A DNA stretch of 31,242 nt from a virus. This document shows positions 6,914 to 14,900 of the stretch, piece after piece. Location of the stretch: the IMG/VR virus record IMGVR_UViG_3300035698_015968. One strand, 5' to 3'. Position numbers and translations under genes: made by a program. The notes beneath the pieces were generated by a model. The model was not told the DNA's origin and made no database searches. It saw only the letters and a list, made by a program, of their open reading frames with translations. Position 1 is the stretch's first letter, and each line of letters begins with the position of its first letter.

Positions 6914-7573
6914 ATGGCTACAAAAAACAGTATAGATAACACTTCTAATCCACTAGCTTCAACAGCTGTTACGATCGATCCTGGAGCTTCTGGTGATAGC
7001 TTTGTTCAGTTTGATATCAATGCTACTGGAGAGTTTCGCATTGGAGTTGATGATGATGCTAGTGATGCATTTAAGATCTCTCAAGGGTCAGCATTGGGAA
7101 CTAATGATACTTATTCTATTAGCTCTGATGGAAATGTTATTAAGCCTCAAAATAGTTGTTTTGGTGCTTATGCTGCTGATCAAGCTAATATAACTGGGTC
7201 AGGAACCGTCTATTCAGTAACATTCACAGGAGGAGAATTTTTTGATCAAGGAGGTGATTTTGCATCGTCTACGTTTACAGCGCCAGTAACTGGTATTTAT
7301 TTATTAACTACTTCTATTAGAGCAACAGGTTTTACCACATCCCATAACACATATCAACTAAGAATAACAACAACGGCGACCAACTTTATTGCTAATTTTA
7401 TTGATCCTGGTAATGTATTTGATGTTAATACAGACTATGGATCACAATTAGCTATAATTACTGATATGACTGCTGCTGATGTTGCAAACGTGTATCTATA
7501 TACAGCAAATGGAACCAAGGTTGTTGATATTACTGGAGCTAATTCTTATTTTAGTGGATGTTTAATTAGTTAG
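6914..7573 (+). CDS. Fibre-tip protein with a C-terminal C1q/TNF-like globular domain (about 7154-7570)
   Basis: SD AAGGAG upstream. The motifs CFGAYAA..., FDQGGDF..STFTAPVTGIYLLT... and the terminal SYFSGCLIS* match gC1q hallmarks (AFSA..., G.FT.P.PG.YYF, S.FSGFLL). Confidence 0.7.
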   Translation: MATKNSIDNTSNPLASTAVTIDPGASGDSFVQFDINATGEFRIGVDDDASDAFKISQGSALGTNDTYSISSDGNVIKPQNSCFGAYAADQANITGSGTVYSVTFTGGEFFDQGGDFASSTFTAPVTGIYLLTTSIRATGFTTSHNTYQLRITTTATNFIANFIDPGNVFDVNTDYGSQLAIITDMTAADVANVYLYTANGTKVVDITGANSYFSGCLIS

Positions 7574-7580
7574 GATTATT

Positions 7581-8222
7581 ATGGCCACTAAAAATTCTAT
7601 AAACAATATAAGTAATCCTTTATCCTCTTCTGCTATTACCGTTGATCCAGGTGCATCAGGAGATTCTTATATTGATTTTGATATTAATACTACACAAGAG
7701 TTTAGAATGGGCGTTGATGACACTGATAGTGACTCATTCAAACTTGCACCTTCCGCTTTAGGAACCGGAGATTTATGGAAAATAACATCTGGTGGTAATG
7801 TTACTCATCCTCTTTCTTCTGCAGTCCTGGCGCAAAATTCTTCTCAGAATAATGTAACGGGGGATGGAACAGACTATACTATGCCATTTGTGACAGAATT
7901 AATAGATCAAAATGGAAATTTTTCTTCTCCAACATTTACTGCGCCTATTACAGGAATATATTATTTTTGTGGGTATTTAAATACAAGGTATTCTAATTCT
8001 ACCTCTACTATAGTAGACCTCGTAACAACTGCACGTACTTATTCATGCGCTTATCAAAGTCCATTAAAAGCAAGAGATGTATCTCTTGCTGTAGCGGGAA
8101 GGTTTAATTTTTTAGCCGATATGACTGCAAGTGATACAGCAACTTTTCATATTACTAATAGTGGAGGAACTAAAATTACTGATGTGACTAGTGGTACTAT
8201 TTCTGTAGCGCTTTTATCTTAA
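7581..8222 (+). CDS. Second, diverged C1q/TNF-like fibre-tip paralogue (C1q-like part about 7815-8219)
   Basis: The N-terminal ~75 aa are close to those of 6914 (MATKNSI(D/N)N.SNPL.S.A(V/I)T(I/V)DPGASGDS..(F)DIN...EFR(I/M)GVDD). The C-terminus carries IDQNGNFSSPTFTAPITGIYYFCGY. Confidence 0.65.
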   Translation: MATKNSINNISNPLSSSAITVDPGASGDSYIDFDINTTQEFRMGVDDTDSDSFKLAPSALGTGDLWKITSGGNVTHPLSSAVLAQNSSQNNVTGDGTDYTMPFVTELIDQNGNFSSPTFTAPITGIYYFCGYLNTRYSNSTSTIVDLVTTARTYSCAYQSPLKARDVSLAVAGRFNFLADMTASDTATFHITNSGGTKITDVTSGTISVALLS

Positions 8223-8236
8223 CAAAAAGGAAAAAA

Positions 8237-8530
8237 ATGAAAATTTCTGTTAATAATATTAAACTTTTTACTCTTTCTGAAATACAAAAGAAGGTTATGG
8301 CCAATGAAATTAGATCAGAGATATTTGATGCAGATCTCAAACGTCGATTGAAATGGGTATTAATGCATAAATACGAACAATGCTTTGATAAACTAAAGAA
8401 AGAGTGGATGCCAAAGCTTGAAGTGAATGGTGTTAAATCTATTCCTCTTGATAAAGATGCTTTAGCTGAGCTTATTTTTGCACAGCCAAACTATAAGAAC
8501 AGATCAAAACGTGAATTAGAAGTAAAATAA
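8237..8530 (+). CDS. Hypothetical protein (97 aa) inside the fibre cluster; a fibre chaperone/assembly role is possible by position only
   Basis: SD AAGGAA upstream. Compact ORF between fibre genes. No motif recognised. Confidence 0.5.
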   Translation: MKISVNNIKLFTLSEIQKKVMANEIRSEIFDADLKRRLKWVLMHKYEQCFDKLKKEWMPKLEVNGVKSIPLDKDALAELIFAQPNYKNRSKRELEVK

Positions 8531-8548
8531 GAAATTGAGGAGTTTAGT

Positions 8549-9874
8549 ATGGCATTATACAGAGATGGACGGAATGCATCAGCATATCTTGGGGTAAGAG
8601 CTGCTACTCCTCCTCAATTTGAGAAGCATCCTCGAGCACCAACTGCTAATGATTATAGAAACTTTAATGTAAGTACTATCTGGCTAGATACAAGCAACTT
8701 AGACTTAATTCCTTCTGTTGCACCAACTTCAGATGATATTTATATACTTGTATCTAAAAGTAATAATGTTGCTTCATGGATTAATTTTGGTGATGGTAAT
8801 GTAAATAGTGTAAGTGGCGGAACAAATATCAATATCACTGGTACAGCAACTGATCCTATAGTTAATCTTGATGGTGGTACACCAAATACTGTTGCTGTTT
8901 ATAGTGGAACAGGATCACTTTCCGAGGTAAGTTCTGTTGGGACCAATGGTCAAGTTCTTACTGCGAATACTGGGGCCGCTCCAACATGGCAAGCTGCTAC
9001 AGTAGGGGTTGTTACGAGTATTACTGGAGGAACAAACATAAATGTAACTGGTACTGCTGCTATTCCTATTGTTAATCTCGATGCTGCAATTTCATTAGCA
9101 ACTTCAGTGACGAGTCCTCTATATACTGTAGCAAGCGGTGATCTAGTACTTAACATGGCAGATGATGCGGGAACTGATTCAGTATCATTCACAAATGATT
9201 CAGATGCTGAAGTAGCGTCAATAAACAGTCTTGGTGCAGCGACATTCACCAATCTTGATGTAGACAACATAAACATCAATGGTAACACTATTATATCTAC
9301 CGATACTAATGGAGATATAACATTAACACCCGATGGTACTGGTAGTGTTAATATTGATTATGCCACACCAAATACCGTTGCTGTTTACGGAACCTCAGGA
9401 GCTCTTTCTGAAGTAAGTTCGGTTGGAACAAATGGCCAGGTGCTAACCGCGAATACTGGTGCTGCGCCTACGTGGCAGGCTGCGTCAAGTGGTGGAGGTT
9501 CTAGCATTATGGGGAAGGCATTTGAAACTCTAAATACTGTTGGCTCTATTAGATATGCTACTGTATTTGAACCTTCACCATCAGGCTCAAACGAAGGTGC
9601 TCATCAAATCCCTATGTCTCAAAGTGGTACTCTAGATAATTTCTATGTTCAGCTTGGTAATAATTCTTCAACAAATGATGTTGATTATACGGTTAGACTT
9701 GATGGAGTTAACACAACTTTGATTGTAACAACAACTGCTTTAACCTTTGGTCAATTCTCTAATACAGTAGATTCTGTAGCTGTTACAGAAGGTGAACTTT
9801 TGTCTATTTCTATAGAAGCTGGTGTCACAGGATTTCAAGAAGGTGCATTTTCTATGAGATTTACAGCAAGTTAG
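8549..9874 (+). CDS. Tail fibre protein (441 aa)
   Basis: SD GAGGAG upstream. Internal duplication TPNTVAVY...LSEVSSVGTNGQVLTANTGAAPTWQAA (about 8879-9000 versus about 9365-9485). GGTNIN(I/V)TGTA..PIVNLD occurs twice. The N-terminal RAPTAND...STIWLDTS motif is shared with ORF 1875. Confidence 0.7.
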   Translation: MALYRDGRNASAYLGVRAATPPQFEKHPRAPTANDYRNFNVSTIWLDTSNLDLIPSVAPTSDDIYILVSKSNNVASWINFGDGNVNSVSGGTNINITGTATDPIVNLDGGTPNTVAVYSGTGSLSEVSSVGTNGQVLTANTGAAPTWQAATVGVVTSITGGTNINVTGTAAIPIVNLDAAISLATSVTSPLYTVASGDLVLNMADDAGTDSVSFTNDSDAEVASINSLGAATFTNLDVDNININGNTIISTDTNGDITLTPDGTGSVNIDYATPNTVAVYGTSGALSEVSSVGTNGQVLTANTGAAPTWQAASSGGGSSIMGKAFETLNTVGSIRYATVFEPSPSGSNEGAHQIPMSQSGTLDNFYVQLGNNSSTNDVDYTVRLDGVNTTLIVTTTALTFGQFSNTVDSVAVTEGELLSISIEAGVTGFQEGAFSMRFTAS

Positions 9875-9875
9875 C

Positions 9876-9910
9876 CAGAAGGGCGCTTTGAATTCTCAGA
9901 AGGGCGCTTT
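9876..9910. repeat. Two perfect 15-bp direct repeats cagaagggcgctttg (9876-9890, 9896-9910), 20-bp period, GC-rich
   Basis: Read directly. They lie in the 101-bp gap between the convergent fibre gene and integrase gene. Confidence 0.9.
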
Positions 9911-9975
9911 GTGATAGTGCCTATTCAAATTTACTTGAATAAGAGTGTATTTTTATAGTAGTTATTACGTTTAAC

Positions 9976-10986
9976 TTAAATAAAGTTTATCTTTTTAGAT
10001 ATATTCTCTTCGTCACTAGTCTTATCATATGCCATAACCATTGTGTTGTTTCTGTGACCAGTTACTTGCATGATTTGTGAGTCGCTTGCTCCTTGATTGC
10101 GAACAAGTGTTACCCAGGTGGCACGTAGAACATGAGGAGTTACTTTAATTTTAATGTTAGCTCTCTCTCCTGCTTTTTTAAATGCATAATTAAGCTGGAA
10201 TCGTGTTACCATTTTTCCGGTTCTTGTAATAAAAACAAAAGGTGAGTCTTTTCGTATATCAATTGTTTCTGTTATATACATTTTAAGTTCTTCCATAAAA
10301 GACAATGGAAATGTAATGGGTATTTCACGAAATGTTCCGCATGACTTTGACTGTCTATAGCGAATAATATTTTTTCCCCAATCTATTTGAGAAAGTTTAA
10401 TGCTAATGACTTCTGTTATTCTTTTGGCCCCATGAAATGCTGATCGAGCTATCAATGAGTCTCTTGTATTAATATCTGACAACTCAGAAATGAACTTATA
10501 CCATTCTGCTAAGGTTAAAGCATTGGTTGCACATTTTTCTCGTACTTTATAAAACGTTGGATTTGACCTGAGCCTTGATGGTTCTACTTTTCTGACCCAT
10601 CCTTGGCTTATTCGGGATAAGTAGGATGTGAGTGATATATATACTGCTGCATGCAATTGTCGAGTACCTTCTGACCATTCTTTAATGCTTTTTATGTAAT
10701 CAAGAACTAGCTCATGAGGGATAAGTCTAAAGTGTCCCACTGTAAAAGGATTTCCTAAAGCATCTTTCTCAGGGATGATATTACGTCGTATCATATCGGT
10801 TACATAATAAGAATAGTTTCGTCTCGTTTCAGGAGAAAGATTCTTTAGCCAATTATGCAGTACTGATTTAATAGAAGAGTTCTCAAGCTTTTCGATAAAG
10901 GCATAAGAATTGTGCTTAAACAAATCTTGTGATGCTAAGGAATGTTCTGATGGATTATATTTATTTAAAATGGGAATATCCTGCAT
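9976..10986 (-). CDS. int: Tyrosine recombinase / phage integrase
   Basis: Catalytic-domain pattern: GAKRITEV (Arg), HVLRAT (H-x-x-R), GH, and the MAYDK tyrosine near the C-terminus. The N-terminal SAM-like region contains RRNYSYYV. Confidence 0.85.
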   Translation of the reverse strand: MQDIPILNKYNPSEHSLASQDLFKHNSYAFIEKLENSSIKSVLHNWLKNLSPETRRNYSYYVTDMIRRNIIPEKDALGNPFTVGHFRLIPHELVLDYIKSIKEWSEGTRQLHAAVYISLTSYLSRISQGWVRKVEPSRLRSNPTFYKVREKCATNALTLAEWYKFISELSDINTRDSLIARSAFHGAKRITEVISIKLSQIDWGKNIIRYRQSKSCGTFREIPITFPLSFMEELKMYITETIDIRKDSPFVFITRTGKMVTRFQLNYAFKKAGERANIKIKVTPHVLRATWVTLVRNQGASDSQIMQVTGHRNNTMVMAYDKTSDEENISKKINFI

Positions 10987-11129
10987 TGATATAAGTTTTT
11001 TAGTTACTATACTTTAGTCTTTATAATCATTTTTAATTGTAGGACTTCTTATGTTAGACCGACTTCTTAAACTTATGCCGTTGCTTTCTTTAGTTTTAAT
11101 TGGATGGCCACCAGCTGCATAAAAATTTG

Positions 11130-11153
11130 CCCTCTTTTTTAGAGGGTTTTATT
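11130..11153 (+). terminator. Small intrinsic-terminator-like hairpin in the int-proximal intergenic region
   Basis: ccctct-ttttt-agaggg followed by ttttatt. Confidence 0.4.
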
Positions 11154-11362
11154 ATAGCAAAGTTTATACACAATAGACAGTTATTGTTTATATATCCCTA
11201 AAACAAAGCATTGTTTAAATGTAATCAATTATTCAAACTTCTTTTGGTATTAAATCTGTTCTATTTAGACGGTTTTATTTTATTGACTTACTTAATAAAA
11301 TCTAGAAACTACACTTTTATAATTGTTTAATATTTATTAATACTTAAGGGAAAAAAGAAGAA

Positions 11363-11677
11363 ATGAAATATATATTAAAAGCTTTGTTTGTATTGGCATC
11401 GTCTTCATCGCTATTTATTTGTTCAATACCACCAATATCAATGTTCACTCCTTATTATGATCCGGAAGAGAACTCTTTGCCGATAGATGAAAGAAAAGTA
11501 AATTATAATTCTTTAACGCAATACTATACTCATCCCACTGTAGAGGATATTAAAGATCTTAAGAAAAAGCATGAAGATAACAAAAAGAATTTGGCTGATG
11601 ACATAAGTTCTATTCTTAATATAGTTAAAATAAAAGATGTAAATATAGCTGATAAAAAAAAAGAGAAAAAAAAATAA
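11363..11677 (+). CDS. Small secreted or membrane-anchored protein (104 aa) with an N-terminal signal peptide; moron-like
   Basis: MKYILKALFVLASSSSLFICSIPP has a hydrophobic leader with a Cys. The C-terminus is Lys-rich. It is an isolated + strand gene between two - strand genes and is followed by a strong terminator. Confidence 0.6.
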   Translation: MKYILKALFVLASSSSLFICSIPPISMFTPYYDPEENSLPIDERKVNYNSLTQYYTHPTVEDIKDLKKKHEDNKKNLADDISSILNIVKIKDVNIADKKKEKKK

Positions 11678-11694
11678 AGATATAGTTATATTAA

Positions 11695-11727
11695 AAAAAG
11701 GCGATGGAATAAAACCATCGCCTTTTT
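11695..11727. terminator. Bidirectional rho-independent terminator
   Basis: aaaaaggcgatgg-aataaaa-ccatcgccttttt forms a 13-bp stem with A/T tracts on both sides. It lies between the convergent genes 11363-11677 (+) and 11774-12577 (-). Confidence 0.75.
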
Positions 11728-11773
11728 CGTATCAGTACTCATGTAGGGGGTTAACCATATGAAACTAATATCT

Positions 11774-12577
11774 CTAACGACCTTCTCTGAGTTTTTTTAT
11801 CTCACGTATTCTTCTTACAGAAACCATATATTTATCTTTTGGCATATCAGCAAGAGATTGAATTTTTAGTCCTTCTAGTACCATTTCACAAATGTCAGTA
11901 TAATCACCGAGCTCATATTCTAACTCTTCTAACTGTTCTTTGGTAATAGTTTCTGAACTTTGTTTTCTTGGATTATATTTTGTGTTAAGTGCTACCCCTT
12001 TTGACACTGTCTTTCTCATGTCATGTACTGCTAGTTCACCATCATCATCTTCATTAGCTGATACAACACCAATAATTGAAGCATATGAATATCTTCTAAG
12101 GTAAGTGATGTAAGAGCCAAGAGATTGTATGTCAGGCTTATGTGGTACAATTCTCATGCGACTTTCTATCCACTGACCTGATGCATGACCCAAGATAGTA
12201 TGAAGAAAGTTTTGTCCTTCTTTGTTTGGCATAATCTGTTGTATAACACTCAGCTCATTCTTTGTTAAAGCACTGCGAGAAGCTTTAACAACTTCAGCAA
12301 GACCAGCATATTTGCTTTTAAAGTAAGGATTCTCTGAGTTTAATCCTGCTGATCTCATTTCTGATTGAGCTTTAGCTAATGCACTAAATAAATCTTTTAA
12401 ATCATCAGATCTTGTTTTTTGAATGTCTTTTGGTGATTCAAGCTTTTGAGAAAGAGAACGAATTTCATTTAATATATAACTTAGCTTTTCAGATATTTTT
12501 TTATCATTACTCTCTTGTAGTGCTTCACTCATATGGCGATCATGACGATCTTGAATAGTTTTTTTCATACTTTCCAT
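11774..12577 (-). CDS. erf: ERF-family single-strand annealing recombinase
   Basis: NPYFKSKYAGLAEVVKASRSALTKNELSVIQ resembles the conserved ERF core (N-P-[FY]-F-K-S-K-Y-A-x-L). The size is typical for the family. Confidence 0.7.
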   Translation of the reverse strand: MESMKKTIQDRHDRHMSEALQESNDKKISEKLSYILNEIRSLSQKLESPKDIQKTRSDDLKDLFSALAKAQSEMRSAGLNSENPYFKSKYAGLAEVVKASRSALTKNELSVIQQIMPNKEGQNFLHTILGHASGQWIESRMRIVPHKPDIQSLGSYITYLRRYSYASIIGVVSANEDDDGELAVHDMRKTVSKGVALNTKYNPRKQSSETITKEQLEELEYELGDYTDICEMVLEGLKIQSLADMPKDKYMVSVRRIREIKKLREGR

Positions 12578-12620
12578 GATGACTTCTTTCTTTTAATAAT
12601 GCTGTATTTCTTTCTCTATA

Positions 12621-12649
12621 AATATAGCATATTGAAGTCAAGAAGTCAA
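12621..12649 (-). promoter_or_regulatory. Sigma70-type promoter for the ERF gene
   Basis: Minus strand: TTGACT (12649-12644), 17-nt spacer, TATATT (12626-12621). It is about 45 nt upstream of the ERF ATG. Confidence 0.5.
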
Positions 12650-12662
12650 GCTGTCTTGAATG
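12638..12662. promoter_or_regulatory. Operator-like module TCAAG-N3-TCAAG-N4-CTTGA-ATG (copy 2)
   Basis: agTCAAGaagTCAAGctgtCTTGAatg has the same spacing and polarity as 1766-1790. The second TCAAG again overlaps the -35. Confidence 0.45.
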
Positions 12663-12843
12663 TTGTATGTACGCACAAAAACACTATATAAAAGAAAAAA
12701 GTCATTACAAAAACGACAATTAATGATTTTTATTGAAATTTATTTTGACGGAATCGCCAGAGAAAGGTAGTTTTTATCTTATATTAATTTTTTAGCTTGC
12801 AGGCGAGAGAATTTTATATAAAAGGTAAAAACTTTAAACAAAT

Positions 12844-12949
12844 AACCAAAGGAGGCTATATATAAAAAAACCAAAGGAGGCTTTTTAGAAAAAACAACAT
12901 AACCAAGGAGGCTATATTTAGAAACTCACACAAAACCCAAGAAGGATCT
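12844..12949. repeat. Iteron-like direct repeats AACCAAAGGAGGCT (12844-12857, 12869-12882), AACCAAGGAGGCT (12901-12913) and a degenerate AACCCAAGAAGGATCT (12934-12949); candidate origin or operator array
   Basis: Read directly. Each unit embeds a strong SD-like AAGGAGG but has no start codon at a usable distance. The array lies upstream of the replication-type genes and is flanked by very AT-rich DNA. Confidence 0.6.
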
Positions 12950-12987
12950 TTATAACAATGTACCCCGAAAGGAAACAGTTCTGAACC

Positions 12988-13299
12988 ATGAAAAGTAAAC
13001 AAAAAACAATTACTAAAAAACCATGCAACCCACTAAGGAAACAAATGCTCTTAAATAAACGCCCTCTTTTGCCTATCATAGACAACCGGCTCCCTATGTT
13101 TGCTCATAGGAAGGAAGGTACAATGCAGATGAACAAGTTCATCTCTGGGGCGAACAAACCCCATTCTTATATACAAACGAAAATTTCAAAGTTAAGTAAA
13201 ACTGGTACAATGAATACGAAAGAACATCAAAAAATTGCTATACGAAACATAGGACCAGTTATTACAAAGAAAACTAATACAATTACTAGTTATCATTAA
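12988..13299 (+). CDS. Doubtful ORF: basic, low-complexity 103-aa product (an internal start with SD AGGAAGG near 13123 is possible)
   Basis: Open frame only. The + strand is extremely A-rich and there are no recognisable motifs. Confidence 0.25.
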   Translation: MKSKQKTITKKPCNPLRKQMLLNKRPLLPIIDNRLPMFAHRKEGTMQMNKFISGANKPHSYIQTKISKLSKTGTMNTKEHQKIAIRNIGPVITKKTNTITSYH

Positions 13300-13320
13300 C
13301 TGTTAAGGAAAACTAATACA

Positions 13321-14463
13321 ATGAGAAACAGATTACTAGTTATCATTAACAAAAACAAGAATAAATCAAATTTTACTAAAATACAAGTAAATAAAAAAAC
13401 TTCTTTTCAATTAGGTATAAAAGGTAGTTTGCATTTATTAACTATTATAGATGGTTTAACTCGAACTCAACTCAGACTTCTTAACTATCTTATAGGTCTA
13501 AGCAATACATACAAGCATATTTATCCATCACAATCAAAAGCTATAGCTAATTATGTTGGATGTACAAGAGAGACTGTAAATCGTTACATAAAAGTACTAA
13601 AAGGTCTCGGCCTTATTGCAAGCAAGCGGCGTTGGAAGGCGAGCAATCTTTATGCAGTAGATCCTATATTTTTTGATACCAAGATACGATCTCTTCTTTC
13701 AGGAGTACTTCCATCACTACGTTTTCTTCCACTTGTCTTTCTCAGCCTGGTTAATTGCATGATTCCTATTCAGTCTGAATATATGCCTAATGCCCCTATA
13801 TTAAATCCTGTGCAGTATGAATATAGCACAAGAAATAGTATTACAAGTAAGTCTATATATCCCTGTAATAATGCTTTCGCTACCGGGGATGCTAAAAAGA
13901 AGAGAAAATCGCACCAGAAAACGAAGAAACGCAAGAAATTGCCTTCTAATTATTCGAAGTGGGCTAAAATGAAGCACTTTAAACAGGAGTCGGCTACACC
14001 TCCTCAATATATTGTAGATTTGTCTACATTACATTTGACAATTGATGGTCAAACCAAGCTGAGTGTATTCCCCTCGGATGCTATAGCTCATGCAAAAGAG
14101 AAGATGAAGCACTTTAGAAATATAAAAGATCCGTTTAATTGGTTCTTTATGGTGTGTAAGAAGTGGTGTGATGCTAATGAGATTGTACCAGACTGGCAAA
14201 AGGCACAGTCCGTTGGTAGATCTGCCATCATGAGTAAAAAGATTGCAGATCGTCCATATATGGTACGTAATCATTCTCCGCAAATAGTAGAAAAAGAGTT
14301 ATCTAAACAAGAGAAGATAAAAAAGGCTAAAAAAGATATTATTAAATACCAAGAGATGCTGATTGAGCCACCATCAGGTAGTAGGTTCTTCTTGAAAGAG
14401 CTGACTAAAATATGGTATAACAGCATTCAATCGTTAACGAAAGAAATTAAAGAGTTGCAATAG
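13321..14463 (+). CDS. Winged-HTH DNA-binding protein, putative replication initiator or replisome organiser
   Basis: TQLRLLNYLIGLSNTYKHIYPSQSKAIANYVGCTRETVNRYIKVLKGLGLIASKRR is a typical wHTH. It lies downstream of the iterons and upstream of the RusA-like gene. Confidence 0.45.
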   Translation: MRNRLLVIINKNKNKSNFTKIQVNKKTSFQLGIKGSLHLLTIIDGLTRTQLRLLNYLIGLSNTYKHIYPSQSKAIANYVGCTRETVNRYIKVLKGLGLIASKRRWKASNLYAVDPIFFDTKIRSLLSGVLPSLRFLPLVFLSLVNCMIPIQSEYMPNAPILNPVQYEYSTRNSITSKSIYPCNNAFATGDAKKKRKSHQKTKKRKKLPSNYSKWAKMKHFKQESATPPQYIVDLSTLHLTIDGQTKLSVFPSDAIAHAKEKMKHFRNIKDPFNWFFMVCKKWCDANEIVPDWQKAQSVGRSAIMSKKIADRPYMVRNHSPQIVEKELSKQEKIKKAKKDIIKYQEMLIEPPSGSRFFLKELTKIWYNSIQSLTKEIKELQ

Positions 14464-14471
14464 GAGTTGTA

Positions 14472-14876
14472 ATGAGTAGAAGCAAGACGTATGTGTTAGA
14501 TTATGACCCATTTTTATTAGCTCGTATATGCTTTGCTAATGTTAAGAGAATGTGGGATGCGCAACGAGAATTAAAAATAAGAACGCTCCTTTCTCTTAAG
14601 GGTCAGCATGGAGAAGCACGATTATTTTCTGGACCTTTATGTCTTGAAGCTGTTTTTTACATACGACCAAAGTGTGCACTAGTAGATCAAAGTAATAAAA
14701 GTGTTTATAGAAAGTCCTGTATAGTTCGTCCTTCTATAAGAGACTGTTTAAAGTTTGTTTTTAACACTTCCAATAAAATTATTTATAAAAGCACTGATCA
14801 AATAGCTGAGATACGTACAAAAAAGATTTACGATAAGCACCCACGAGTAGAATTTACTATAAGTGAGATAGCATAA
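14472..14876 (+). CDS. RusA-like Holliday-junction resolvase (divergent)
   Basis: SD AGGAG upstream. The layout GPLCLEAVFYIRPK...RPSIRDCLKFVFN...IIYKSTDQIAEIRTKKIY..PRVEFTISEI parallels RusA (...DLDNL.K...DAL......DD.QV........GRLELTITE), but several acidic positions are substituted. Confidence 0.4.
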   Translation: MSRSKTYVLDYDPFLLARICFANVKRMWDAQRELKIRTLLSLKGQHGEARLFSGPLCLEAVFYIRPKCALVDQSNKSVYRKSCIVRPSIRDCLKFVFNTSNKIIYKSTDQIAEIRTKKIYDKHPRVEFTISEIA

Positions 14877-14900
14877 GATATAATAAAGGAGATCTTATAT

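Noticed and set aside
6914-10986. Shufflon-like or invertible fibre switching driven by the adjacent tyrosine recombinase
   Set aside because: All fibre repeats, and the 15-bp repeats at 9876-9910, are in direct orientation. I found no inverted copy of these sequences. The recombinase looks like an ordinary phage integrase.
10987-11362. tRNA gene or tRNA-derived attP core upstream of int
   Set aside because: I could not find a cloverleaf, a T-loop (GGTTCGAATCC-like) or an acceptor-stem pattern. Only a small 23-codon ORF and a weak hairpin are present.
13801-14283. Antisense ORFs 13801-14007 and 14029-14283
   Set aside because: They lie inside the wHTH protein gene on the opposite strand and have no translation signals.
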